Assembly: GCA_951406725.2 (NCBI GenBank)
Contig: OX597815.1
Span: 70,246,001-70,310,000, forward strand
Reading direction: 5' to 3'
Length of the DNA: 64,000 nt
Source: Octopus vulgaris
Lineage: Eukaryota
The notes beneath the pieces were generated by a model. It was not told the origin of the DNA and did no database searches. It was given only the letters and a program-made list of their open reading frames with translations. A program made the translations under genes and the position numbers. Position 1 is the first letter of the stretch. Each line of letters begins with the position of its first letter. Of the stretch, positions 63,903 to 64,000 are shown piece after piece.

Positions 63903-64000
63903 GCAACCATACACATCTCTACGTACGGGTATATTCACACATTATTATAAATGAGCGAGAAGAGAGACAGACAGACAAATAAGAGAGAGAGGGAGAGGGA

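Overview
AT-rich, microsatellite-dense animal (eukaryotic) DNA; the SINE families and repeat content resemble an octopus/cephalopod genome (inference). I found no host protein-coding gene, rRNA, genuine tRNA or CRISPR array, and almost all listed ORFs are microsatellite translations. The window is a mobile-element landscape: (i) a near-intact 5.5-kb Tx1/L1-clade LINE (35.1-40.6 kb) plus an older decayed relative; (ii) a triple nest of DNA transposons (mariner inside hAT inside mariner, 10.8-15.4 kb), followed by a Charlie/Buster-type hAT carrying a templated 540-bp piece of the neighbouring hAT; (iii) a Tigger/pogo remnant and fragments of REL-type and CR1/Jockey-type LINEs; (iv) many tRNA-derived SINEs; (v) several Penelope-like element (PLE) fragments of Naiad and Neptune type. 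The main signal missed by the ORF track is RNA structure: about 15 hammerhead-ribozyme-like motifs on both strands, several intact, some with non-canonical cores (A6U, U3-A8, U4C). Most sit in small cassettes or fold-backs embedded in (TA)n/(CA)n tracts. One Naiad-type endonuclease appears to have a long Thr/Ser/Asn/Ala-rich insertion between its GIY and YIG motifs.
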